The position numbers and the translations under genes are program-made. From Octopus vulgaris (taxonomy: Eukaryota), in assembly GCA_951406725.2 (NCBI GenBank), contig OX597817.1:59334001-59398000 (forward strand): a stretch of DNA of 64,000 nucleotides, read 5' to 3'. The notes under the pieces were generated by a model. That model did no database searches. It was given only the letters and a program-made list of their open reading frames with translations, and was not told the DNA's origin. Shown piece after piece: positions 52,734 to 64,000 of this stretch (positions are counted from its first letter, which is position 1; each line of letters starts with the position of its first letter).

Positions 52734-55700
52734 CTGCAAGATGGAGAAAAATCAAATCAAAACATGAAGTAATATTCTAAACTATGAAAGCCAAATTAGA
52801 TTTAAGCTCAAAATAATTTAATAGAGTTACATTCTAAAAATTGTTATCAAATATGTAGAAAAAATATAATTATATTGATTATGAAAATTTAATTACAAAT
52901 ATAAAGTGTATATTTTATTTTTAAATTATATTTTTATATTTCTATGAGCAAAACGCCCCCCATCCAATGGACAGTGCTGAGTTGTCAAACATTTAAACCA
53001 AATTTTCTCAAAACAACTTGTCCGACCATCCCATAGGCCTCCCCTTTGAGAAACACTGATTTAACCTAAATTTGAGACACCAGCAAAAGAAGAAATAAAG
53101 ATAGACTTTTTTTCTATTCCAAGAAAAACGATTTTACAAATGCACATTCCCATGGCTTTATCAATCGCATTCTCACCTGGAATCGATTTTTGTAATATTT
53201 TCAAGACTTATATATGCCCTGATACCGTCGCTATCTATATATCAAATTTGAGCGCAATTGGATGGAGGATGCCCGAGATCCTAGAAGACACACACACAGA
53301 CAGACAGAACGGATTTCATATAAGAGATGATAGAAATTTACTGTTTTAAGATGATCTTAATTAAAATTTGAACACAAATTTTTGTTCCAAACACCAAATT
53401 AATAATGACATCATTTCGCTAAATTTTACCTCGTTTTCAAAAATGATTGAAATAAATTCTGTCTGACCCATGCAAACATAAGAAGTGGACATAAAATGAT
53501 GACAATGATGATTTGTTTGATGCATTTTAAATGAAGTAAAAAAAAAAATAAAGAATCTTACCATTTCCGTTATGTATTCAACCACAAGGTCTTCCAGAAG
53601 ATCAACCGATTCCGTGTAAGGGTTTTGATCATCGCCAAATCCATACATCATACAACGTACTGCTACAAAAAAGAACTATGTGAACTAAATGGCTGTTCGT
53701 GCACAGGATTAATTAAGAAAAATCTGACACTTTGAAACCACATGGTTTTAGGTTCAGTCCCACTGCACAGCAGTTAGGGTAAGTGTTTTCTACTATAGCC
53801 TTGGGCCAACCAAAAGCCTCATGAATAAATTTGGTAGATGGGAACTATGCCCATTGTATATATACATATATGTGTATATTTTTATTAATATTTAACAGAA
53901 GCAACAGAGTGACTTGAGGTCCGAAAGTTTCATGCATTGGTACTTATCATACTAGTTACAGGTCGAAGAGTTGTGGGTTTATACAGCTGGTGAGAATATA
54001 TATATATATTATTATGGCTGCCCCCTCGTTATCGAGTATGGCCATTGCACGAAGCTTAACTGTTACTGGTGCTGTGATCGAATGTGACTTTTAGCCCAGC
54101 TAAAGACCTACAATGTCTTGTACAAAATTGGCAACTAAAACCTTTACTGGTAATAGCCGGCTGTAGTTGTAACTGGGCTTCATGTACCTTTGCATGTCGT
54201 TTAAGTCCTCCTGCCGAATTACACTCTCTTCCACATGCCGACAGATATGATTAGTATGGTGTGTTACACCACCACTAGTGGCCAGGTTGTCACTCAACAT
54301 ACAGGCGTGGTAAGTAGCTTGCTTACCAACCACATGGTTCTGGGTTCAGTCCCACTGTGTGGCACCTTGGGCAAGTGTCTTCTATTATAGCCTCAGACTG
54401 ACCAAAGCCTTGTGAGTGGATTTGGGAGATGGAAACTGAAAGAAGCCTGTCGTATATATGTATATATATATATGTGTATGTGCGTGTATATGACTGTATA
54501 TATGTTTGTGTCTGTGTTAGCCCCCACCCTACCCCCACCAACATCGCTTGACAACTGATGCTGGTGTGTTTGCATCCCTGTAACTTAGCAGTTTGGCAAA
54601 AGAGACGAGATAGAATAAGTACTAGGCTTACTGTAATGTAGAGCCTGCTGTAAGATCTGTACAAGGGCTAACCTGCAAACCCTCATATGATAAAATATTG
54701 TTTTATCATCAATCATTGAATACAGAACAAGTAATGATAACAAAATTATTGATCTCTTTACAATCCTCCAATTACTTTCCCGAACAATTATCTTATAAAT
54801 AAAAGTTAGACTAATCCAACACAAACAAAAGGGAAAAACACCAGAAATGACAGTCTTACATTCTTTTGAAAAGATCTTTTTCCTCTTTTCCAGTGGTGAA
54901 TCGTCTTCAATATCTTCATCGTCAAACTGCCAATAAAAAAAGAAAAGAGCATACATATCAAGGCTAAGCACAGATATGGCTGTGTGGTAAGAAGCTTGCT
55001 ACCCAACCACATGATCTCAGGTTCAGTCCCACTGCATAGCACTTTGGGCAAGTACCTTCTACTATAGCCCCAGGCTGACCAAAGCCTTGTGAATGGATTT
55101 AGTAGACAGAAACTGAAAGAAGTCTGTCATATACATGTGTGTGTTTGTGTGTGTGTACCCTTATCTAGACATCACATGATGGTTGCAAATGAACATCATC
55201 TTCAATAAGTGACATTGTTTTATTTCCAACCTTCTGTGGAAAACTCGAGCAGGTATGGGAAAATATTGCCAAGAAGGATGCTTGGTCACAGAAAATCTGC
55301 TTCAGCAAAATTCCATTAGACCCATGCAACATTGGAAACATCATCATCATTTAATGTCTGCTTTCCATGCTAGCATGGGTTAGATGGTTTGACTGAGGAC
55401 TGGCGAGCCAGATGGCTGCACCAGGCTTCAATCTTGATCTGGCAGTGTTTCTACAGCTGGATGCCCTTCCTAATGCCAACCACTCCGAGGGTGTAGTGGG
55501 TGCTTTTACATTGCCACTGGCACAAAGGCCAGTCAGGTGGTACTGGCAACAACCTCGCTCGAATCTTTTACTCATGCCGCCGGCACAGGTGCCAGTAAGG
55601 CAATGCTATAGACATTAAACAATGATGATAACATCCATGAGTAAAGAAGGTACAGGCATGGCTAAGTGGTTAAGAAGTTTGCTTCTGACCCATGGGGTTC

Positions 55701-56526
55701 ATGTTCAAACCTAGGACACAGCACTTTGGGAAAGTGTCTTCTATGAGTGGATTTGCTAGGTGGAAACTGACCTCTGTGTGTGTGTGTGTGTGTGTGTATG
55801 TGTGTAGACCTACACAGAAGACATACAAACACATCAATTTTAAGTATCCCTCTGTAGACTGAAAACCTGAAGAGCAGCCATCCCAGAGAAACAAGTAGCA
55901 ATTGCATTATATATGTATATTGACAGTAAATCATAAATCCCCCCCACCAAAAAAAAATCTATAATACTCTAAGTTATAGAGCAGTAGAATATATAAAGAA
56001 TAGATACGGCCGGTTTATGGGATTACCCTGGGCTTCACGTCCATAAACCACTTAGCTTTACATCAGACCCTAAACCCATTAGCCTATGGCCTCGCCATAT
56101 CTATCTTTATCCACACACGCATATATATATAGTGGCTGTGTGGTAAGTAGCTTGCTTCTCAACCACATGGTTCCAGGTTCAGTCCCACTGCATGGCACCT
56201 TGAGTAAGTACCCTCTACTATAGCCTCAGGCCGACCAAAGCCTTGGGTAGATTTGGTAGACGGAAACTGAAAGAAGCCCGTCGTATATGTACATGTCTAT
56301 ATATATATACAATTTATAAGTAAGGGCAAAAGAAAAAATTTCTAATGCCAAAATATGCCGAAAATAGACATAACGTCAGAAATTCTTTCTTTTCCCCTTA
56401 CTTATAAATTGTTTATAAATTTAACCTTCAAAGGTATTTTTTAATATGCTGGCCATTGACGTGAATTTGCTACCCATCGAAACATATGTCGAGAGTAAAG
56501 GAATTTTGTTAACATCTTCATTTATT

Positions 56527-56582
<56 letters not shown>

Positions 56583-57261
56583 CACACACATGTATACGGG
56601 CTTCTTTCAGTTTCCATCTACCAAATCCATTTACAAGGCTTTGGTCGGCCCGAGGCTATAGTAGAAGACACTTGCCCAAGGTGCCACGCAGTGGGACTGA
56701 ACCCAGAGGGATGTAGTTGGGAAGCAAACTTCTTACCACACAACCACCCCCATCCAAACAATAAACCTATACAAGGTTTCTTGATCTGCAAGAATTAGTA
56801 GCCAAATATCCCTCAAATCACAGCCTGGTCACACGGTGTACTTCCTGGGGGATCTAAGTGTGGCTTGGATTTTAAAAATATTTTTATATATCATCAGACT
56901 TCAGAAAGTCCATGCGAATATTTGAGCACTTTGATTATTAAAACAATGTAAGCAATCATTTTCCAAAACAGTCAACTTTAAAACAGTTTGTTTTTAAACT
57001 TTTCATACGTAGTAAGTCGGTAAATGTTTGGTTGTTCTTCAGTGAGACACGAAGTCAAGATTAAAGAAAGACAGATAGAAATAGGTAGATCTAATATACA
57101 ATATATATATCAGTTGCGTAGCAATATTTACATACACGTATGTATATACATACAGCCACACTGTTGTACAACGATTACACAATATGTAAACATATTATAT
57201 ATATATGTGTATCCACAATCAACACATAAATACGCACCTGATCTTTGTCCGACTCGGCCAT
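52557..57261 (-). CDS. TAF13: Transcription initiation factor TFIID subunit 13, 4 exons, 121 aa; gene-level span
   Basis: Join of 57261-57238, 54926-54860, 53659-53562, 52733-52557 gives MAESDKDQFDDEDIEDDSPLEKRKKIFSKELRCMMYGFGDDQNPYTESVDLLEDLVVEYITEMTKKAMEVGRPGRIQVEDIIFLIRKDAKKYSRVKELLTMNEELRKARKAFDEIKYATTK, the TAF13 histone-fold signature. Confidence 0.96.
53562..53659 (-). CDS. TAF13: TAF13 exon 3
   Basis: tagcag|TA ... ATG|gtaaga; encodes RCMMYGFGDDQNPYTESVDLLEDLVVEYITEM. Confidence 0.95.
54020..54300 (-). mobile_element. LINE 3' fragment with C2H2-type finger (RTE-like) in TAF13 intron 2
   Basis: The minus strand encodes CGRECNSAGGLKRHAKVH. Confidence 0.5.
54305..54631 (+). mobile_element. 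CORE-type SINE with internal (TA/TG)n. Other copies near 4496-4650, 18670-19051, 20230-20551, 21070-21360, 56132-56290, 56596-56745, 63190-63570
   Basis: Head with GGTTCAGTCCC B box, CORE-like GGCACCTTGGGCAAGTGTC and a shared downstream body; many dispersed copies. Confidence 0.85.
54860..54926 (-). CDS. TAF13: TAF13 exon 2
   Basis: ggcag|TTT ... T|gtaaga; encodes FDDEDIEDDSPLEKRKKIFSKE. Confidence 0.92.
56309..56530 (+). mobile_element. Fold-back element inserted in (TA)n between two inverted SINEs
   Basis: Inverted arms 56309-56347 / about 56374-56412; GAAACATATGTC at 56479-56490. Confidence 0.55.
57238..57261 (-). CDS. TAF13: TAF13 exon 1 (MAESDKDQ)
   Basis: caaaATGGCC start context, CAG|gtgcgt donor, phase 0 to exon 2. 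Confidence 0.75.
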
Positions 57262-57544
57262 TTTGTCAAAGTGTAAATTACCAGGCGAACCGAAATTCAT
57301 TTTATAATCTCCTGCCTGAAACTTAATCTATGCATATAATTAAAACCAAACTGAATTAAACTAATGCTATGATATCTCGTAAAACATAATGATCACAATA
57401 TAAAACTTATTTATTGTGAACCAATCTGTTATATTGTTATAATTGTTAAAAATTCATCTATCCACATTTCGTTTCGTAATTCCAATATAAGTTTTTAGTT
57501 CAACCCCATCTTTCATGAATCCAGATTGAAATCTTGGGGTAAGT
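57262..57544. promoter_or_regulatory. Putative bidirectional promoter TAF13 / TIPRL
   Basis: TAF13 ATG at 57261 (-) and a + strand donor GGG|gtaagt at 57539 that could end a non-coding TIPRL exon 1 spliced to 60682. Confidence 0.45.
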
Positions 57545-58077
57545 TTAATTTCTCCCACATTTCTCGCTTATTTTGAGTCTATTTACCCAAACATTCTACA
57601 TCTCTAATGATACTTCTGATAAATACCCTCCTCTCGTTCACATTCCTTTATTTTTACGCCTGACACTTCGTTTTTTCTTTTATATATTATGTAATTAACA
57701 GCGAGAATTGCTTTAAATTATGAAGCTGTTAATTGTGTCGGGACGCAAAAAGCGAATGAGATGGCGTGAAGTTCATGCTTTTCACGGGTTATATAATTAA
57801 AATAAAATAGATGATTCAACCAGAAAATGAAAAGTGTTTGTGAGATCTTGCGGGATGGAGCGTGTGGGCTGCGTACAGTGATGAAAGGCGAGCGGTTTCG
57901 ATTCCAGGTCGAGTGATTTTACTGACTTCTTTTTATCTGTCAAATATGGCTGTAATGGAAAAATATGAGCAGGGAACCTCCTCGCCGTGTTATCAGACAA
58001 CTCGCTAATTGTAATATATAGAATCTCTTTTAACTAGATGGCCTAATTAGTGCTGGGGTTAGTGGCTGGCTGTAGTG

Positions 58078-58298
58078 GGTACTACTTTTGAACAGTGGTC
58101 CGGATGCGCGTAGTCGCGCATCCGCACTAGCTAGTCGTGACTAGTCGATCCTACAACGACTACCTAGCAAAGTAAATAAAACACAAAATAAATCATTTTT
58201 GTTAAACAAAGTAAATAAAACAAAAACACAAAGGATCGACTAGTCAAGACTAGCTAGCGCGAGTGCGCGCACCGGGACCACTGTTCTCAAATAGTACC
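58078..58298. mobile_element. Same CpG-rich MITE, copy 2 (opposite orientation)
   Basis: Same TIRs with small deletions and the reverse-complement spacer (tacaacgactacctagcaaag); flanks gctgtagtg / gcgctagtg. Confidence 0.85.
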
Positions 58299-58989
58299 GC
58301 GCTAGTGAATATCGAGCAGTCCTGACGGAGGAAGTTAAAAGAGTTAGTAATCACTGTTATTAACAAGAAAGCTTGCTAGAAATAGCTACCAAATCTCCCT
58401 CAAATCACATTTTTAATGATTTTTAAAAAATGAAAAGCAATATTGAAGACTAGATATGGTTGGAACGTCTTTCATGTAAAAAAAATCTGCATCAGAGGTG
58501 ATACGGGATAAACAAAAGCAACAACAACCGATGGGTTTACTTCTCACTATAAAAGGGCAACCCCCCCTCTCTCTCTCTCTCTACCAACCCGTTAAAAGCC
58601 GATGAAAGTTACGTAAACAACCCATTTCTTCGTCGTCTTCACTTTTCTTGCCTCTTTATTAACGACTACTTTTTATGTTTTGAGGTGGTCACACCTTGTG
58701 AACATCCATTTGTCCCCCACTTTTGAAAACTTGGGTGAAAACAAAACGTTTGGCTTTTGCACCAGTAAATCCTTCGACTACTTCTGCTCTGGCAACCTGG
58801 CCATGATCACAGTCAATAGGTGCAGACATGGCTATCGAGGTCAGAAACTTTACAATCACGTGGTGTCGGGTTCAGTCGCGCTGGCGGCAAGTATCTTTTA
58901 CTATTGCTCCATACTGACCCCTGCTTTGTGAGTTTTAGAGACAGAAACTATGGAAGCCCGTCATGTTAAGCTTCACGGAGATGACTGAG

Positions 58990-59404
58990 ATACATTATTT
59001 ACATTTGACGGATATTTGTCCTCATCTTGTTTGTTGTTAACGTTTCGGCTGATATTATTATTATTATTCAGGTCACTACCTAGAATCAAACTCGGAATCT
59101 TGGGGTTAGTAGCCCGCGCTCTTAACCACTACGCCATATGCCCGTGGCGTAGTGGTTAAGAGCGCGGGCTACTGAGATTCCGAGTTCGATTCCATGCAGT
59201 GACCTGAATAATAATAATAATAATAATAACAACAACAACATCGAAAAATACCTTAGGAATGAGAACCCAGGTTCGAAATTTCCCCAAGACACCTGATGAA
59301 GGCTGGAGATTATATCAGCCAAAACGTTGTGTTAACAACAAACAAGATGAGGACAAATATCCGTCAAATGTAAATAATTCCTCATCTCTTAAATATAGAA
59401 CTGA
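58990..59404 (+). mobile_element. Fold-back element: tRNA-derived head plus Penelope-type end with hammerhead motif, 9-bp TSD
   Basis: ATGACTGAG at 58981-58989 and 59405-59413; A box TGGCGTAGTGG and B box GAGTTCGATTCC; nested inverted arms; hammerhead-like motif at 59288-59333. Confidence 0.75.
59288..59333 (+). ncRNA. Minimal type I hammerhead ribozyme-like motif (G12 to A in this copy)
   Basis: gacac-CTGATGA-a-GGCTG(loop)CAGCC-AAA-ACGT-T-gtgtt; the inverted partial copy at 59040-59055 retains CAGCC-GAAACGTT. Confidence 0.65.
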
Positions 59405-59877
59405 ATGACTGAGTTAATTGGCGATTTGCTAGGGTTGAGAAGACCTGTCCATCTAAGTAAAACTAAGGCCCTAAAAGCATGTCATTGCCCCTGACAGATC
59501 TCTCCCCTACAACTCATCTTCCTAACACCATCAATGTTCACTCACTGCATTTCCCTCCCCTTTATCTGTAAGCTCATCTGCCTACTTATCCAATCCTCTG
59601 TACCACTTAAATACACCCTCCCGTTTTCCATGCTAGCATGGGTTGGATGGTTCGACCGGGGTCTGGGAAGCCAGGAGGCTGCACCAGGCTCCAGTCTGAT
59701 CTGTAGAAACACTGCCAGATCAGGCTGGAGCCTGGTGCAGCCTCCTGGCTTCCCAGACCCCGGTTGAACTGTCCAACCCATGCTAGCATGGAAAACGGAC
59801 GTTAAACGATGATGATGATGTAACTTAGGTTTCACCCCAACACACCTTCACCATCTTCTTTCTATCTCTCTCTCTTG

Positions 59878-59920
<43 letters not shown>

Positions 59921-60735
59921 GGAGTGGCCACATATCTCCTCTACTGCAAAGTTTCTTTTTCTGACCCTCTAGCATCATCAGGCACAAAACTACTTCCCTT
60001 TATACTATTCTCCTCTCAATTGAGAGGGTGCCCTCACAGGCACTGGTGCCATGGTGCCACCTTAAAAGCACTTAGTACACTCTGTGATGTGGTTGGAGTT
60101 AAAAAGGGTACCCAGCCATAGAAATCATACCAGGACAGAGAATGGAGCCTGGTGTAGTCTTCTTGCTCACCAGCTTCTTTCAAACTGTCCAACCCATGCT
60201 ACTATGGAAAATGAACTTCATCACATAAAGCGCAAAGGGCTATGATCAGGCACAGGTTGACAGGCCACGAATGAGAGGGTTTGGTGTCAGCAAGTAGGTT
60301 GCTTCTGTTCAAGAGAATGGGTGTTTAAACTTGCTATAATCAGGTCAAAATTATCTACCTGTTTTATGCTCAAGCCAGCCAGCTCTGACCTCTCACACTT
60401 ACCCTACAAAGTCATTCTAAAAATAAACAGGGACATCATCAAAACCTCAGAGTCGCAAGATGCTGTACAATTAATTTAAAACATTGTAATTAGACAGGCT
60501 TTACATTTGACAGAGTAATCTGAATGCCAAAAGGTTAAACCAATGACATGACTCTCACTAACCACAGTTACAAACATCATAGGAGAAAGCTTCTCAACCA
60601 CACCCACCCATACCTGCACCTGAATGAACTAATTAATGAACACACTAATTACAAATCAATGTTTGTTTTTATATTTTACAGGGATTAGTACACCTGAACT
60701 TCAACTGGTTGTTGTGCAAAATATCTTTTATTAAT

Positions 60736-60854
60736 ATGACAGAAGCACCACCTGCTAAGGCAAAACTGAAAAAGGAAGTTTATAACTTTGGGTGTTGGAC
60801 TTTAACTGCTTCTGAGAGCCACATTCTAGAATCTGAAGGACATGACAGAGAATG
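60736..60854 (+). CDS. TIPRL: TIP41-like protein (PP2A regulator), first coding exon; gene continues beyond the window
   Basis: Exon 60682-60854 (tttacag / TG|gtaagt); MTEAPPAKAKLKKEVYNFGCWTLTASESHILESEGHDRE resembles the TIPRL N-terminal FGPWKLTASKTHIMKS motif as I recall it. Confidence 0.75.
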
Positions 60855-61944
60855 GTAAGTATATCTTGGGGTTGTTTCTATTGGGCTGTGGACCTTAAGG
60901 GTGTTGTTATGACTTTTTACATTCTGTATCCAAATCACGCAAAGGGCTGTTTTCTTACTTTTCATTTTTCTTGGGTTGGTAAATTATCATTCAAATATTG
61001 GAGTTGATTTAATTCCTTGCTCTCTCATCTCCCAGAACTTGGGACCATGTGCATCATCATCATTATCTTCAGCATTTAATGTTCATTTTCCATGCTGGAA
61101 TGGGTTAGACAATTCGACAAGGTCTGACAAACTCCAGTGTCAGCTTTGCTGTGGTTTTTGCGGCTGGATGCCCTTCCTAACACCAATAACTTTACAGAGT
61201 TTACTGGGTGCTTTTTTAAGTGGCACCAGTGAGGTCACCAAGTAACTTGCAAGACAAAGACTCCCTCAAATGGGGGGAGGTACTATAGGGGGATAGAAAA
61301 AGATCTCTTGCAGTTGAGGAGAAACATGGCTGCCTCAGATGGAGAGAGAGAGAAAAGATGGTGAAGACGAGTTGGTTGGGCAGGCCTTAGCCCCAAGTTA
61401 CAGGGTGGTGTATATAGTAAAGGGAACCAGGGAGTAGAGATGGTGGATAAGTTGGTGAGATTGCAAACCAAGAATGGGAGCTGGAGGGTGGAAGGAAAAC
61501 AGTGAGTGGGTATTAGGTGTGTGTAAATCTTTTACTCACATATCATCATCATCGTTTAACATCCGTTTTCTATGCTGGCATGGGTTGGACGGTTTGACTG
61601 AGGACTGGCAAACCAGTAGGCTGCACCAGGCTCCAATCTGATCTGGGAAGATTTCTACAGCTGGATGTCCTTCCTAACGCCAACCACTCTGAGAATGTAG
61701 TGGATGCTTTTTACGTGCCGCCAACATGATGTATATATATATATATATATATATGTGCCAACCACTCCGCAAGTGTAGCACCCACTACACTCGCGCAGTG
61801 GTTGGTGTTAGGAAGGGCATCCAGCTGTAGAAACACTGCCAGATTAGACTGGAGCCTGGTGCAGCCTCCTGGCTTCCCAGACCCCGGTCAAACCGTCCAA
61901 CCCATGTTAGCACGGAAAACAGACGTTAAAAGATGATGATGATG

Positions 61945-61975
<31 letters not shown>

Positions 61976-62073
61976 TAAAATTAAATTTAGGGTAAAAATT
62001 GATATTTATCAATTAGAACCAGTGGTCTAGCATATTAAAGAAAGAATCCGAAGATTAAAATATTTATATATAC

Positions 62074-62111
<38 letters not shown>

Positions 62112-62781
62112 TATATATAATACCAAAGGGTGTACATGTGATCAAGGACATTTAAGAAGCAATGCCTTTTAAAGAAAGTTCTTTGTTTTGTCTCGAGCTG
62201 CAGACACTCCCTTGTTTACCTCACTGAGATAAATGTAAGGAACCAGTAACAAAACTGTGAGAAGCTTGTAACGAATGACACCTGGGTTCACAAATTGTAA
62301 TAAGTTTTGTTTTGTCTTTTTAAATCTTCAAATAATGCTGTTTGCATGTTTTCTCACATTCTCTCATATTTCATGAACAGAATAATTTATTTCCTGCATT
62401 TCTTCACATGAATCCATTTTAAAACGTCTTTATTTAGATGACACGAGTTGTTATACAACTGGATATTTTTTTCCTCACCCCAACACTTTTATCATAAAGC
62501 AGATTATGTTTGTATTTATGATGTAGTTATTTACAATACTAACTTGACTATTGTCTTTTCAGGCCGATGGTGTCCCTCAGTAATTTCTCATAGTAATCTG
62601 TTCTCTAAAATGCATGTTTTCATGACTACTCTCAGTTCTTTCATTTAACATACATTTTTCCCCTTCATCTATGCTAACAGAAGTTGACTGAAGCCTCATT
62701 ACTGAGGCATTCTTTTACAGTCGGATGCCCTTCCTTTCACTAATCCTGACCTGTTTTTTCAACTAAGGGATTTTATTTTTT

Positions 62782-63178
62782 ACTAGCAGTAATGCCCAGC
62801 ATTGCTCAGGTTTGTTTCAACCCTTTAGAATTGGAATTTTCGAAAAGTAAAAAATTTGCATTATGTAGCTTGTTATTCTCTTTAAGTGAACATTTTTCTG
62901 GTTGAAATACACTGAAAAATGGCGACACAGCAGTAAAAAAAAATCGTAAAAAATAGGGATTTTCATAGTAAAAAAGCACTTTTGATGTAAATAATTTTTG
63001 GTGTTAACATGGTCTAATTTGAATTTTTTCTTCTACGAAAGGAAGAGCAAGCCTTCTTCTATCATACTCTCAATTTTGGTCAACTTGCGCTGCAGTGTCT
63101 CGGAGGAGATGGTGTTAGTTGAAGGCTACCAAACCTGCCATATACAGACAACTTCAGCTTTATACATATATAGAGAGA
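62782..63178 (+). mobile_element. Non-autonomous Helitron-like element
   Basis: ACTAGCAG start with subterminal hairpin (cccagcattgctcagg) and an ACAGACA...TTTATACATATATAG end; a similar 3' end lies near 53230-53330. Family assignment is an inference. Confidence 0.4.
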
Positions 63179-63764
63179 TTCCACAAGTATGGTTGTGTGG
63201 TTAAGAAGCTTGCTTTGCAATCACGAGGTTTCAGGTTCTGTCCTACTATGTGATACCTTAGGCAAGTGTATTTTACTATAGCCTCAGGTCGACCAACGCC
63301 TTGTGAGTGAATATGGGAGACAAAAGCTGTATGGAGGCCTTCCACATATATGCAGGTGTCTTTGTATTTATGTATGCCCCCTCCCTCGCACCTCCTGGCA
63401 ATCGGTGTTGGTTTGTTTACATCCCCATGGCATTAGCAGTTTTGGCAAAAGAGACTGAGAGATTAGGTATCAGACTTACTAATGTAAGTAGATGGGGGTT
63501 GATTTGCTTGATTAATACCTTCTGAGGTGGTGCTCCACAATGGCCGCAATCCACTGACTGGAACAAGTGAAAGATGCAAAAAATAGATTGTCTTCAAATA
63601 TGTGGAAAGTAAGTGGGCAATTTGTGAACAGGAAGCATCAACGTAACACCTCCACATTTGTTAAGAAGTGGCTTTGGGGAGAGAAAACCATGCAAAATGA
63701 AAACACAAGCAGATACACATGCATGGACTGATACATACACATCATGTGTGGTAAGTGCTACATA

Positions 63765-63922
63765 TTTCGTTTTTGCATTTAAGAGTCAAGACTATTGAAA
63801 AGGTTGCAAGATGCAACGAAAATTTTAGGACAATAAAAATAAGAAAAAAGTGGAAATTTTACCGGTGAGTGTGTTACATTATAAGCCACAAAAAGAAAAT
63901 GACTCTCCCCAGACACAACAGA
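63765..63922 (+). mobile_element. Short Penelope-like retroelement end with hammerhead motif, 12-bp TSD
   Basis: AAGTGCTACATA at 63753-63764 and 63923-63934; cta-TTGAAAA-G-GTTGC(aagat)GCAAC-GAA-AATT-T-tag at 63792-63828; same family as 7335-7527. Confidence 0.7.
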
Positions 63923-64000
63923 AAGTGCTACATAGTTCAGCTGAATGAGCAGTTGGGAAGCAGACTTCTTAACCACATAACCTAGGTGAAATGCCTAGCG

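Noticed and set aside
57946-58008. Short ATG ORF (MAVMEKYEQG...) near the TAF13 promoter
   Set aside because: Stops after about 20 codons, has no splice donor and no recognisable homology.
59144-59205. Possible tRNA gene
   Set aside because: The anticodon arm is partly deleted, the acceptor stem is unpaired, and it is part of the fold-back element.

Overview
This is AT-rich, microsatellite- and SINE-dense eukaryotic DNA; the repeat families look cephalopod (Octopus-like), which is an inference. I reconstructed three spliced genes by hand. (1) A + strand angiomotin-family gene with 14 coding exons (26809-42121, about 722 aa, PPPY and PPEY motifs, coiled coil, C-terminal WQV); it probably has a TATA-driven non-coding first exon near 1017-1142 and a 25.6 kb first intron. 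(2) TAF13 on the - strand (4 exons, 121 aa). (3) The first coding exon of a TIP41/TIPRL gene on the + strand, head-to-head with TAF13. Most ORFs in the supplied track are microsatellite or repeat artefacts. The rest is tRNA-derived SINEs, RTE LINE 3' ends, a decayed Hero/R2-type RT, several MITEs and many fold-back inverted repeats. The most interesting signal is a set of short fold-back elements carrying minimal Penelope-type hammerhead ribozyme motifs, two of them with a U3-A8 covariation. One (58990-59404) is a TSD-flanked hairpin combining a tRNA-derived Pol III head with a hammerhead motif.
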